Below are positions 1 to 9,987 of a stretch of DNA of 64,000 bases, in pieces. Positions within the stretch are counted from its first letter, which is position 1. Every line of letters begins with the position of its first letter. The DNA comes from a virus: UHGV virus genome UHGV-0037395, one strand, 5' to 3'. Under the pieces are notes generated by a model, which did not search any database, was not told where the DNA came from, and saw only the letters and a list, made by a program, of their open reading frames with translations. A program made the translations under genes and the position numbers.

Positions 1-754
1 GCTGCACCTTCTAGAGTATTATTACGCATTGCTAGTGCTGATACCCCGGCTAACATGGCTAGATTACGTCTAAATACTTCATGTTCTTTCATCTCAATTG
101 AGAAGTATGGAGCAATATCTCCATTCAAATATTGCTGAACCTGTATGTTTGAACAGATAATGGATTTACCAGTACCACGCCAACCACCAAGCAGTAACGT
201 TTCTGTGCGAGCTAAACCAATTTGAGCGTCGAACTCATTACAAATACCAAGAGCGATTAAGTTCAGTTTGGTATCTTCTTCTCTCTGGAAAATACGCATG
301 TTATCTGCGTTGAATACTTTTCCAGTATTCGTTACTTTCTCTTCTAATTTTAAGTGAAGGGAGGCAACTCGGTTGAGAATTTCTCCCTGATCCAGCATTG
401 TTAAATCTTGAAGCACGTCTGTTTCTAGAAGCTTCAGGAATAAATCCTGTGTATATTCAGCCTCTAGGACTTCAAGTGCCTGTTCCATGCTCACTTCTGG
501 AATTTGAGTGTTAGCTAAGACGACTAGAGCTTGAGAAAGGCGGGCGTTCCTATTAGCTTCAAGCATAAGTGCGTCAATGGACGGCATTGTGTTATATTTT
601 TTATAATAATTCTGGACGGCTTGGTAAATTGAGGAGAAAGCGTCATTAAAATGATCTTTATGCAGTTTTGAGAATGTTTCCAATGCTATTTGCTTCTGTT
701 CGGAAGCTAGAAGCATCTTCAACACTACAGCTTGCACGTTAAACAAGGTCATTC
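1..754 (-). CDS. DnaB/RecA-fold replicative helicase-like protein, N-terminal 251 aa (gene continues beyond window start)
   Basis: Minus-strand ORF starting ATG at 754 with RBS AAGGAGA. Walker A GGWRGTGKS. Runs off window. Confidence 0.45.
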
Positions 755-834
755 TCCTTTGCACGCTTTCGTGCCTTCTAAATGCAAAAAGGGGAAGGAG
801 CATAGCCCCCTCCCCTTAGGTTTAATTTACCAGA

Positions 835-1602
835 TTATTCAGCAGCCGCAGCTTTTGCATCCAGTTTAGCACGCTTAGCGGCACCATCATAGTCCTTAGC
901 AACCAGACCACGACGAGACAGCATAGATTTAACACCGCGCTCAGACTTACCAGTTTTCTCAGCGATCTCGGCAACAGTCATGTTAACCAGATCCAGACCT
1001 TCTAACAGATCTTCACGAGTTTTAGCACTTGAAGTTTCCTGTACCGGCATAGCAGCGATACGACCTTCACGAAGCAAGCTCAGAGCTTTACCACGGATCT
1101 GCTTGATATTACGACCGAAGTGAGCAGCGATAGCTTCAATAGTAGCACCAGCAACAACCTGATTAACAAAATCAGTTTCTTCATCCGGAGTGAAGGAACG
1201 AACAGCAGCAGCTTTTTCAGTTGGTTTAACAGAAGCGGTCATTTCCAGACTCAGGATCTTACCCTGTACCTGTTTAGCACCGAACTGACCACCAGCTACA
1301 GCAGCAGCGATTTCAGCATAGGTATACTGACCAGCATGAGCGTTCAGGAAATCAACCAGTTCAGCTTCCTGCTCAGGAGTCCACGGGGATTTCTGTACTT
1401 CGTTAGCTTTCTGTACTTCAAAACCTTCTTTACGCAGTTTAGAGCCAACAGAGCGAGCAGTAACATCTTTGCCAGTTTCAGCAGCCAGTTCAGCAGCAAT
1501 AGCAGCTACTTGTTCTTGAGAGATTACAGAAACACCCAGAGCGGTGGCTTTTGCTTTCAGAGACTCGGTTACACCTTCTACGTTCCAGTTCAGTTTAGAC
1601 AT
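835..1602 (-). CDS. Putative DNA-binding protein with four tandem ~35-aa HTH-like repeats
   Basis: 255-aa ORF. Motif xAEIAxxxGxxxxxVxxKxxxLxxxG repeated 4 times. ATG overlaps ligase subunit stop. Confidence 0.45.
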   Translation of the reverse strand: MSKLNWNVEGVTESLKAKATALGVSVISQEQVAAIAAELAAETGKDVTARSVGSKLRKEGFEVQKANEVQKSPWTPEQEAELVDFLNAHAGQYTYAEIAAAVAGGQFGAKQVQGKILSLEMTASVKPTEKAAAVRSFTPDEETDFVNQVVAGATIEAIAAHFGRNIKQIRGKALSLLREGRIAAMPVQETSSAKTREDLLEGLDLVNMTVAEIAEKTGKSERGVKSMLSRRGLVAKDYDGAAKRAKLDAKAAAAE

Positions 1603-2368
1603 TATTATTTTTCTCCAATAGTTCTTTAATCGACAGGATTTCTATCCCATTCGTTTCGGCTTTCTTATAAGATGAGGAAGAACGTTTTGATTCATCCTCA
1701 CAGATCAGGTATTTGACGTCTTTGGTAACGGATTTCTTAACCGTATATCCTAGACCTTCTAAATAGTTTGTTGCATCCGTTCTATTTGCAAAATCTTGCA
1801 AAGATCCGGTAATACATACCGCGATTCCATTTGGCTGGGCAACTAAATCATCAGTAACGACGGTTTTAGTTTTAGCACCAGTTGAGAATTTCCATGGTAA
1901 TTCGATAACATCCTTGCCTTGTGGTGAATTTAGCCAGGCTTTATAATTTTCTCCAGCCTTGCCGTCAGCCTTCACATCGTGGAAGCTAGTGCAATTTTGG
2001 GATAATTTCTTTGCTGCAACCTCTCCAATTAGAGGGATTCCTAAAGAACCGAGAACTGAACCAAAGTCAATGTCTCCGCGAACTTTAGTATTTAATTCGC
2101 TAATTAACTTAGCGGCAACCTTGCTACCCACGGCTCTAACCAAATCTTCTTCGGTTAGGTAAAATAGTTCTGAAATCTTCGTCAGCTCCAGCTTCTCAAT
2201 AGTTTTCGGGCCAAAGCCCTTTAACTTCATTTTTGTACAGAAGTTCTCAATTAACTTACTTGATTGCGCTGGACAGTTGGACTTATTACGACAGAATAAT
2301 TGTCCATTGACAAGATCTAGCTTAGAACCACAAGAGGGACATTGTGTTGGAATTTCGATTTTCATCAA
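1595..2368 (-). CDS. NAD-dependent DNA ligase, C-terminal subunit (Zn-finger, HhH, BRCT portion)
   Basis: CPSCGSKLDLVNGQLFCRNKSNCPAQ zinc finger; HhH-like GFGPKTIEKL; BRCT-like C-terminus. Separate ORF from the adenylation part, as in T5's split ligase. Confidence 0.7.
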   Translation of the reverse strand: MMKIEIPTQCPSCGSKLDLVNGQLFCRNKSNCPAQSSKLIENFCTKMKLKGFGPKTIEKLELTKISELFYLTEEDLVRAVGSKVAAKLISELNTKVRGDIDFGSVLGSLGIPLIGEVAAKKLSQNCTSFHDVKADGKAGENYKAWLNSPQGKDVIELPWKFSTGAKTKTVVTDDLVAQPNGIAVCITGSLQDFANRTDATNYLEGLGYTVKKSVTKDVKYLICEDESKRSSSSYKKAETNGIEILSIKELLEKNNNV

Positions 2369-2395
2369 ATTTCTTCCTTATCAATTTATATAAAT

Positions 2396-2424
2396 ATTAT
2401 AGCAAGTATTTAAGCATTTAGCAA
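2396..2424 (-). promoter_or_regulatory. T5-type early promoter (TTGCTA-17-TATAAT) between ligase subunit genes
   Basis: Minus-strand match to the repeated promoter cassette, followed by ATAAATTGATAAGGAAG leader. Confidence 0.6.
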
Positions 2425-2567
2425 CTACAATTTTAACTAACTTTGCTTACCCTCGCCATAACTTTCTATCCCTCAACTGAATGATAATAGTATATACCTA
2501 AGCGGCGAAAATGTCAATAACCACTTTATAATTCCTATATGGTAGATGGGTAGCAAAGGGTTATGTA

Positions 2568-3539
2568 TTAATCGTATACTCGCTCTACTATGCACGGGAT
2601 TACACCACCAGCACGAATCACTCGAATCTGGCAACCGATCTCTAGATCAAGAGAGTTAATATAATCAACGTTATTAAGAGTCGCTTTAACAATTGTAGCA
2701 TCATCAATAATTACCGGTTCGAAATAACCAACTGGAGTTACTTTACCAGAAGCCCCTACCTGCCATTCAACTTTAGTAAGAGTTGTAATCTCGCCTTCTT
2801 CATCCTCTTTAATAGCGAACGCTCCACGAGGGAATTTATTAGTCCAGCCTTCACGGAAGAATTTGTTGTTATCATTAATACGAACAACTTTACCGTCCGT
2901 TGGAATCCATTTAAAGAAGGAACGCACATTAACAACTGTTAAGAAGTTCTCATTCTCCAGCCAAAGCATATCTTTTAAATATGCTTCTGTAATACCTACA
3001 GATTCAGCAGAACACTGGATACCATATGCAACGAAGATTAAACCACCTTCTCCGATACGTTGTACAAAATCATCACTATCTTTGAGGTTAATAGCACCAG
3101 AGGCAAAGTTACGTTTATTTTCTACTTCTTTTGTAATTAGAACTTCACCAGTGATTTGAGTAGGTACTTTTTGGGAAATCTTTTTAGGGATATTCAGCAA
3201 TCTTACGTTGCTTGTGACATCATTCCCTAGAATACCATTACCACGAGTTAGTGCTTGAACAAATTCGCCATTAATATATAACAGAGAAATTGCACAACCA
3301 TCTAACTTATCGGTTTCCACCTGGCCTAATGGGTTAAATGGAGGTTTATCTCCACGATTATAATAAACTTTCTGTAAAGAATACATACGATACAGATGTG
3401 GAATATCACCCTTAGGCCCGATCTCTTCTTCTAATGGAAATCTTTTAATCAGACGATCATATTCTTCGTCAGAGATTAAAGACATACCTTGATAATATGC
3501 TTCTTGACAGCGTTTAATAAAGTCTTTTACATTGGTCAT
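2568..3539 (-). CDS. NAD-dependent DNA ligase, N-terminal adenylation subunit
   Basis: KxDG active-site motif (ETDKLDGCAISLLY); LigA adenylation-domain architecture; own promoter upstream. Confidence 0.75.
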   Translation of the reverse strand: MTNVKDFIKRCQEAYYQGMSLISDEEYDRLIKRFPLEEEIGPKGDIPHLYRMYSLQKVYYNRGDKPPFNPLGQVETDKLDGCAISLLYINGEFVQALTRGNGILGNDVTSNVRLLNIPKKISQKVPTQITGEVLITKEVENKRNFASGAINLKDSDDFVQRIGEGGLIFVAYGIQCSAESVGITEAYLKDMLWLENENFLTVVNVRSFFKWIPTDGKVVRINDNNKFFREGWTNKFPRGAFAIKEDEEGEITTLTKVEWQVGASGKVTPVGYFEPVIIDDATIVKATLNNVDYINSLDLEIGCQIRVIRAGGVIPCIVERVYD

Positions 3540-3570
3540 TTATTTATATCTCTCATCAATTTATATAAAT

Positions 3571-3599
3571 ATTATATAATAATACTGAGTTGAAAGCAA
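3571..3599 (-). promoter_or_regulatory. T5-type early promoter (TTGCTT-17-TATAAT) for ligase adenylation gene
   Basis: Cassette match with downstream TAAATTGATGAGAGAT. Confidence 0.6.
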
Positions 3600-3626
3600 A
3601 TACATTTATAAAGAAAAAGCCAAGAA

Positions 3627-3935
3627 CTAGGCATTCTTGGCTTTGAGTTCTTCAGCTCGTTTCTGTACTTCATGTAAAACCTCAGATTCGCTAAGAATCT
3701 GTGTAAACGCATAGAAAAGCTGTGATGTTGTTTCTAGGGTGTAAGGAAAAGAGAAGCCAGATTTCGTTGGAAACCATTCATCATTAATATCAAGAAGCCA
3801 GTAACGAATACCCATGTATAGATTCCCACGAAATTCAGATACTGTTAATCTTACTTGTTCTCCCTCCTTCTCCCAAAGTATGATGGACTGGTCATCAACG
3901 TGTCCTTCATAGTTTTGATTTACCTGTTCGCTCAT
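3627..3935 (-). CDS. Hypothetical protein (102 aa)
   Basis: ORF in minus-strand gene array; terminator of upstream gene just before it. Confidence 0.4.
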   Translation of the reverse strand: MSEQVNQNYEGHVDDQSIILWEKEGEQVRLTVSEFRGNLYMGIRYWLLDINDEWFPTKSGFSFPYTLETTSQLFYAFTQILSESEVLHEVQKRAEELKAKNA

Positions 3936-3954
3936 TTACATATCCCAAATACAC

Positions 3955-3982
3955 AAAAAGCCCCATATAGGGGCTAATTGGT
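3955..3982 (-). terminator. Rho-independent terminator
   Basis: AGCCCC-ATAT-GGGGCT plus T-run on minus strand. Confidence 0.55.
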
Positions 3983-3985
3983 TTC

Positions 3986-4282
3986 TTATCGGCCTACTGG
4001 AGAAGCACGATCTAACTCTGATTGGAGGCTAGTCACACGGCGGACTTTCTCGACAGGAATAAAACGGAAGCTATCATTAGTACGAGAGAAGACAAGGATC
4101 TCATCATCTTTCGCTTTACGAATACGTTCACGTTTAATACGCTCAGCTAGATATTTATCTTGGGCTGGATCAAATTCCATCGTACCCTGAAGGTACGTGG
4201 TTCCTTTCTGACGAAGTTTCTCGTAATGAAGATAAAACTCACCAAATTTTTCACATTGTGCGATAATTTCAGCTTTGGTCAT
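3986..4282 (-). CDS. Hypothetical protein (98 aa)
   Basis: ORF followed by rho-independent terminator (3955-3982, minus). Confidence 0.4.
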   Translation of the reverse strand: MTKAEIIAQCEKFGEFYLHYEKLRQKGTTYLQGTMEFDPAQDKYLAERIKRERIRKAKDDEILVFSRTNDSFRFIPVEKVRRVTSLQSELDRASPVGR

Positions 4283-4319
4283 AACTGTAGTTCCTTTTGT
4301 TGGTGGATTTATCTAAAAA

Positions 4320-4730
4320 TTACTTAGTGATAGCTCGGATTGCTTCTGCCAGATGAGCGGCTGCTTTACCGGTCAGTTTGTCGATAATTGCATCATCCAG
4401 AAAATCCGGTGCTAAGCCAGCATCAGAGAATGCTGAACGAAGATCGGCATGGGCTTGAGCTTTGGAGGTACGAGAACCACCGGAAGCTTTTTCTCCAGTA
4501 GATGCGCTAGATTTAGAAGCAGAGCCAGCAGCTTTCTTGATATATACGCCTGCTTTGGTCAACTTCATACGAAAACCGTTCGGGGTTACACCATTTTCCT
4601 GGGCAATTTCGCTAACAATTTCCATGCTAACACCCGGACGTTCATCCTCTGGGAATTGCTCCATACGAGCAACGTATTCGGAAGACATTTTTTCGAACAG
4701 TTCATCAGTCCACTGAGTTGGAGTAGTCAT
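4320..4730 (-). CDS. Hypothetical protein (136 aa, Ala/Ser-rich)
   Basis: ORF directly downstream of a T5-type promoter (4788-4816, minus). Confidence 0.4.
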   Translation of the reverse strand: MTTPTQWTDELFEKMSSEYVARMEQFPEDERPGVSMEIVSEIAQENGVTPNGFRMKLTKAGVYIKKAAGSASKSSASTGEKASGGSRTSKAQAHADLRSAFSDAGLAPDFLDDAIIDKLTGKAAAHLAEAIRAITK

Positions 4731-4787
4731 ATTTTATATTTCCTTAATTAAGAATTAAACAGAATAGTTCTTTCAAACTATGAGAAT

Positions 4788-4816
4788 ATTATATCAAGAA
4801 TTATAGGATTAAGCAA
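4788..4816 (-). promoter_or_regulatory. T5-type early promoter (TTGCTT-17-TATAAT)
   Basis: Cassette match upstream of 4320-4730. Confidence 0.55.
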
Positions 4817-4833
4817 CTGAAATTTTTCTGTAG

Positions 4834-5109
4834 TTACTCCACCAGGCCAACAGCGAGCATATCATCAATGCTGGCAATCTCCCAATCGTCGGCAATAGCT
4901 TCGCATACTGTTAACGTAACAACCTCACTATAGGGATAATTACCAGCTACCCAGGTATGTTGGGTAGCTACATCTGAGTCAGCGTCTAAAGTTAGTAACA
5001 CTAAGCCATTATTATCATTATTCCAGCTTCTACGATACACGGTTTTTGTTTCACCATCTTTAAGCAAATCTGTTAGCTTACTCACGGCGTTTTCCTTTTT
5101 CTTTATCAA
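4834..5109 (-). CDS. Hypothetical protein (91 aa)
   Basis: ORF overlapping stop of upstream gene; same strand as its neighbours. Confidence 0.35.
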   Translation of the reverse strand: MIKKKENAVSKLTDLLKDGETKTVYRRSWNNDNNGLVLLTLDADSDVATQHTWVAGNYPYSEVVTLTVCEAIADDWEIASIDDMLAVGLVE

Positions 5110-5782
5110 GTTTCAAAGCGGCCTTAACAGCTTCGTTAATCAATGAGATTACTTCTTCACGAGTCCACTTATACCCTAGAGATTTTACGTCTACCCCTAA
5201 CTTTTCCAGATGTTTAACAGAAGCCAGCTCGTAATTCATATAATGAACGTTCTGTTGTTTGCCTTCTGATAGAAGCCATACACGGTAACAACCAACAGGA
5301 TTATCCATTGCTTTTTTGATTTCACCGATACACTGGTATCCAGGAACCCAAACAAGCTCACCAACTGCAAATTCTTCTGCTACAGCATCATCAGGAATAA
5401 TTGGAGGATTCAATGGATCTACAATATCGTTCAAACGAAGTAGAGCACCATAGCGTTCCAAAACAGATTTAACCATTGCTACAGAACGATAATTACGATC
5501 GGCAATTTCTTCAAAAGAATCACCAGATAAATACTGCTCAATAACGTTAGCTAACTCAATGCCTTCAATGAGTGTGCCACGTTTCTTTTTCTTCATTTCG
5601 GCAACTTGAATCTGGCGGTCTTGCCATTCTTCAATCATCCTTTCCATAGTTGGATTGGATGATACGCCGAGCATTTCACATGCTGCTTTCTTAGTACCAC
5701 CGTTCTCCAGATGCTCTATAACCTTTTTAAAGACTTCATCCGGGATTTCATGGATATGTTTCTTTCTACGAGAACCAGCCAT
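5078..5782 (-). CDS. Putative HTH transcriptional regulator (234 aa)
   Basis: N-terminal HTH (GTKKAACEMLGVSSNPTMERMI); PN25-like promoter and RBS GAGAGGAG upstream. Confidence 0.45.
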   Translation of the reverse strand: MAGSRRKKHIHEIPDEVFKKVIEHLENGGTKKAACEMLGVSSNPTMERMIEEWQDRQIQVAEMKKKKRGTLIEGIELANVIEQYLSGDSFEEIADRNYRSVAMVKSVLERYGALLRLNDIVDPLNPPIIPDDAVAEEFAVGELVWVPGYQCIGEIKKAMDNPVGCYRVWLLSEGKQQNVHYMNYELASVKHLEKLGVDVKSLGYKWTREEVISLINEAVKAALKLDKEKGKRRE

Positions 5783-5813
5783 ATTTAAACTCCTCTCTCA
5801 AATTTATGAATCT

Positions 5814-5842
5814 ATTATACAGAAATTTTTTGCACTATGCAA
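5814..5842 (-). promoter_or_regulatory. PN25-like T5 promoter (TTGCAT-17-TATAAT, then AGATTCATAAATTTGAGAGAGGAG)
   Basis: Near-identical to the canonical T5 PN25 downstream region; drives 5078-5782. Confidence 0.7.
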
Positions 5843-5850
5843 ATAAATTT

Positions 5851-6093
5851 TTACGATTCCTTGAGCAAAGAAGCAAGTTCAGCATAGACTTTATCTAACT
5901 CAAAGCCGATGCGAAGAGACACGTTTGTTTTCCGTTGTTTAAGTAACCATTTGGATATATTAGGGATGCCAGCTAATCTATGTGGTACCACCCTACATAG
6001 CTTTTCCGAAGTGTCATAAACAGGAACTTTACGTTCTTTTACTGGGAACTTCCTTGTTTCCCATTTTTTATTCTTCACTGTCATTTCTAGCAC
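5851..6093 (-). CDS. Hypothetical protein (80 aa)
   Basis: ORF overlapping stop of the large ATPase gene. Confidence 0.3.
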   Translation of the reverse strand: MLEMTVKNKKWETRKFPVKERKVPVYDTSEKLCRVVPHRLAGIPNISKWLLKQRKTNVSLRIGFELDKVYAELASLLKES

Positions 6094-8857
6094 CTAGCTC
6101 TGCCATTGCTTCATCATGCATATGTTTCTCCTCATCAGTCATAAACTTATATGGGATTGGCATACACTCGATTTTACAATAAGTTCTGTACCAGTCTACA
6201 ATATTCTCCGTGTTCATATCTTTACCAATACCCATCATACCAAGATACATTCTGGCATATTTTGGGTTAGCACTCTGACCTGTTTTAAGGAAGAAATCTT
6301 TCTTCTTACCTTTCAGAGCTTCTATGAATGGTTTGATAGTGACATTTGAACACTTCTTAATATCTTCCCAGAACATCTCGTGCATTTTATGGAAGAATGC
6401 AGCCCGATCATTAGGTTTATCCTTGATATATTGTTCAACATGCTCAACTGTTACATCTTTAATAGACTCAAGATGGTAATAGCGAACAAGAAGTAGTTTA
6501 GCTTCATACGCATCTGCATGTCGTGGAGCACAATAATCAGGAGTTGAATACAAAATGGCTTTGATTCGCTCTTCTATATACTCTTTTCCTGCACCTTCGA
6601 TAGTTCCCCAGCTTTCACTGAAAATATCAATAGTTGCACCCTGATCAAGCAAGTAATAACGTAAAGTACTAGTATAGTTCCTAGACTCCAGCTCCCTACG
6701 ACGTGCGTATAATTGCTGTGCTAATTCCAGCCAACCTTCATCAATGTTATATTGTTCAGAGCCTGCGGAGAATCCACTCGTAGATTTATCAATAAAATAA
6801 TAAATGTTCTGAGCACCACGGTCGCGCCTGATTGCTTGAAAACGCATGTTTGGCGCTTGGTTACTAGTTCTAGTAATAACGAATACGTTATCAAAATAGT
6901 TGAAGTCAACACCACTTGTTACGGATGGACTACATAATAAGCAATCAATTTGTTGGTCAATTAGCTCATTAGTTGTGTAATCCAGAATACGTCTAATATC
7001 CACATCAGACGTAGAGTTTGAGTGGATTTCCTTAACTAACGCACCCGTATTACGACGTAATGCCATGCCCTTCTCATTCAGCTCATCAGGGCCACAATCA
7101 GATACCAGAATAGATTTCTCACCCATCTCTAGAGAAGTCTGAAGTGCAACCCAAATACTGGATTCATCAGGGAACTCATAAGCATGAGCTTTTGACAACA
7201 TCTTACGGTGATGGTTATAAAATGCAACCGGTTTATCAAACTCAATCAAAGAACCATATGCTTCAATTGTTTCTGCACTAATATCACCATCGGATAATAT
7301 AATGATTTTTGCAGTTGCAAGAATATCCCGAAGAACCTGAATACATTCACGACGTTGTTTAACAACCGGGGCGAATAATAGGTCGTTCATTACTGCATCA
7401 CATTCATCGATAAAGATTGCATCAATTTGACCAATAAAACTCTTGAACTTATGCAAAGAGTGAATAGTTGTGGACATACGATCAATAGCACCACGCTTAA
7501 AATTAAGCATATCTACAGACTTATCGTATTGTCCTGCACTAAATTTCTTAGCATTTGAAGATACCAGTGCTCTAGTATTGGTAATTGCTAAAAAATTACC
7601 TTTAATAACTCCTGAATCTAACCAACGCACAACCGCCGTGGTTTTACCTGTACCTAGACTTGCTTTTACAAAAGTCATATAACCTTCTGGTGGCACAGTA
7701 TTTAATTTCAAGAAGTTATCAGTTTCTAGGGAGTTAGTTTCTAGCTTTTTAAGTGGAATACCTTTTAAAACATCAGGTATATCGCGTTTAGAATTATTAA
7801 CAAACGCTTTCAGAGCCTGTTTACGACCGTTATTAAAATAATCTTGAATATTACGACTATTATCTTTAGTTGCAATATATTCTGATAAGGCTGGACGGAT
7901 TTCTTTTTCTAGCCATGCAAAATCAACACCATCCTCTAATGCTCTATGGTATAGTTTGGGGATAATACGCAAGTACACCCCATCCTCAGCTTCTTCTAGT
8001 TCGCTGATAGTTTCCTCTACTTTATCAGAGGCAGCTTTTTTACCTTTAATTTGATCAAGTAAAGAGTAAAACTCCTCCTTAAACTCACCCCTAGTTGTTT
8101 CATAGTCAACTAGATTATTGGGTAAATTTACTTTAGAACCCTTAACAAATACCAGACGTGAAGCACCCTCCGCTTTAAATGGATCTACTATACCATCAGT
8201 AAATAACGGATCTGCAAAATAGTGGAGCTGTACGGAAGAGTAATAAGCTAAGTCGGCAATATCAAAGCCATACTTTTGTCTACTACTTTCATTGATAGAT
8301 GTAAATAAGAATTTGATTTGACCCTGAGTTACTCTAACATTAGATTCTAGTATTAAGTGCATTCGGATACCTGGTTTTAGCCCAGCCGAAGACGATGCAT
8401 GAGCGATAAACCCTGCATCAAGAGGAAACATATCCTCACTAATACTATTTAACATTCTAATAATATGTCGAGCCATGCCAACAAGATCAAACTTGTTACA
8501 ACCACCTGTATCTACAATACCATCCACGTCCATTGCAATTATATGACTTGGGTTAGATACATTAAAGTTGCCCTTCTTACGTCGCACATTATTTTTAGGT
8601 GCAAGACATCGACCTCGTACCGCAACGATATGAGGGTCAGACGTTAAACGTCTCATAAGAGGAAGCATTTCTACTAGGGTTTGAGGATCAACTTCATCAA
8701 TTACATCAAACTTGAAGGGCATTGAAGCTGGTTTACCTTCAGGATGCTTTGAGGAAAATCTTTTAGCAAAAAGATAGTCTTCTGCTTTAACTTCCCGCCA
8801 AATGCCTGTGGCTAAATCGCGATGAAATCCTGCATGACCTTGTAGGATTGAGAACAC
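6068..8857 (-). CDS. Large Walker A/B ATPase, putative replication origin-binding or helicase-like protein (~929 aa)
   Basis: Walker A SLGTGKTT and Walker B IFIDECDAV. Probable GTG start at 8857 with RBS AGGAG 7 nt upstream (ORF track starts at TTG 8935). Long leader upstream. Confidence 0.45.
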   Translation of the reverse strand: MFSILQGHAGFHRDLATGIWREVKAEDYLFAKRFSSKHPEGKPASMPFKFDVIDEVDPQTLVEMLPLMRRLTSDPHIVAVRGRCLAPKNNVRRKKGNFNVSNPSHIIAMDVDGIVDTGGCNKFDLVGMARHIIRMLNSISEDMFPLDAGFIAHASSSAGLKPGIRMHLILESNVRVTQGQIKFLFTSINESSRQKYGFDIADLAYYSSVQLHYFADPLFTDGIVDPFKAEGASRLVFVKGSKVNLPNNLVDYETTRGEFKEEFYSLLDQIKGKKAASDKVEETISELEEAEDGVYLRIIPKLYHRALEDGVDFAWLEKEIRPALSEYIATKDNSRNIQDYFNNGRKQALKAFVNNSKRDIPDVLKGIPLKKLETNSLETDNFLKLNTVPPEGYMTFVKASLGTGKTTAVVRWLDSGVIKGNFLAITNTRALVSSNAKKFSAGQYDKSVDMLNFKRGAIDRMSTTIHSLHKFKSFIGQIDAIFIDECDAVMNDLLFAPVVKQRRECIQVLRDILATAKIIILSDGDISAETIEAYGSLIEFDKPVAFYNHHRKMLSKAHAYEFPDESSIWVALQTSLEMGEKSILVSDCGPDELNEKGMALRRNTGALVKEIHSNSTSDVDIRRILDYTTNELIDQQIDCLLCSPSVTSGVDFNYFDNVFVITRTSNQAPNMRFQAIRRDRGAQNIYYFIDKSTSGFSAGSEQYNIDEGWLELAQQLYARRRELESRNYTSTLRYYLLDQGATIDIFSESWGTIEGAGKEYIEERIKAILYSTPDYCAPRHADAYEAKLLLVRYYHLESIKDVTVEHVEQYIKDKPNDRAAFFHKMHEMFWEDIKKCSNVTIKPFIEALKGKKKDFFLKTGQSANPKYARMYLGMMGIGKDMNTENIVDWYRTYCKIECMPIPYKFMTDEEKHMHDEAMAELGARNDSEE

Positions 8858-9354
8858 AACAATACTCCTGTATTGGAAATGAAATAAGTTTTCTTTAGGA
8901 CTATTCAGAAAGAATAGAACAACTGTTACTGTCAATTTCTCAACAAATTAATTGCAAATACTGAAGGGGGGTGGCAACTTCCCCTTTCACGCTACACTGC
9001 CGCTTCACTATACCGCACAAATCCTTGAGGATGGCCGCTAAGCCAGATTTGCTCACCTAATGCTTCATGTACTAGCTCATACTAGATGTAGTATACCTTA
9101 CGTCATCACTTCTCAGAGTTTTTCACTCTTCCCGTCTCACTTCACAACCACCTCACACTAGGTTGCTTCGAGGCCTTACCAGGGTTCCTACGGGATGTAG
9201 ATCGCTAAGTATTCTATTAACTATTTGTTTAAAAACTAACACGTAACAGTTAAAACAACCCTTAATGGGGCAGCCTAACTGTTCCGTATCGCGGATTGTA
9301 AACAAGAAAAATTAGCAAAATCAATTTTTACTAATGTCTCTCATTTATGGGAAT

Positions 9355-9384
9355 ATTATACTATAAAATAATACTCCCTTGCAA
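9355..9384 (-). promoter_or_regulatory. T5-type promoter (TTGCAA-18-TATAAT) heading a ~480-nt leader
   Basis: Cassette-like flanks; no ORF between it and the ATPase gene start at 8857. Confidence 0.5.
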
Positions 9385-9392
9385 ATGAAATT

Positions 9393-9899
9393 TTACTGGA
9401 TTGATTCCCTACCGTATAATTGACCTCTAAACATCTTGGCCATAGAACATGCAACCTCATAGTTGTCATATGTTCCTTTAACTATCCGTTTACGGTTAAT
9501 AGTAAATACTACTTGCCAGTTCTTACTACCAGAAGGGTAAACATGCATTCCTTTCTTATATTTGATATTTCTTAGATTACCAGATACTGTCTGCTCTCTA
9601 AGATTTTCAATACGATCATCACCTTTTATAGTGTTCACATGATCTACTAAATCAGGTAAGTATCCATGATGCATTAAAAATATTGCTCTATGCCGAAGCA
9701 TAGTCCTATTCCCTAGAGATATACGATAATATCCGTTACCCGTAGAAACACAACATTCTTTCCCTGCATTTCTTCCCGTAGTTCTAAATAACTTACCATC
9801 TTCATATCGGAAGTTATCTAAAAGTTCTTGCTGTGTGAATGACATCCTCACCTCCAATACATATATTATTACATAATCCATCCAAATTGTCAACGACAA
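9393..9899 (-). CDS. HNH homing endonuclease
   Basis: YYRISLGNRTMLRHRAIFLMHHGYLPDLVDHVN...RIENLREQT matches HNH/NUMOD-type free-standing endonucleases. Confidence 0.65.
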   Translation of the reverse strand: MSLTIWMDYVIIYVLEVRMSFTQQELLDNFRYEDGKLFRTTGRNAGKECCVSTGNGYYRISLGNRTMLRHRAIFLMHHGYLPDLVDHVNTIKGDDRIENLREQTVSGNLRNIKYKKGMHVYPSGSKNWQVVFTINRKRIVKGTYDNYEVACSMAKMFRGQLYGRESIQ

Positions 9900-9987
9900 T
9901 TTATTTTGACTATCAATCGACTGGAAAGATTAGGTAATAATCCGAGCACTAATAGCCCGGATTATAAAGTTCATCTAATAAAAATCA

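Noticed and set aside
1120-1629. Plus-strand 169-aa ORF antisense to the HTH-repeat gene
   Set aside because: Fully embedded antisense to a better-supported gene, low-complexity Ser/Phe-rich product, no promoter or RBS.
8936-9392. GC-rich ORF-free region next to the HNH endonuclease considered as a group I intron
   Set aside because: It does not interrupt a coding sequence (flanking ORFs are complete), and no P/Q/R/S core elements could be recognised by eye. Reported instead as a long structured leader.
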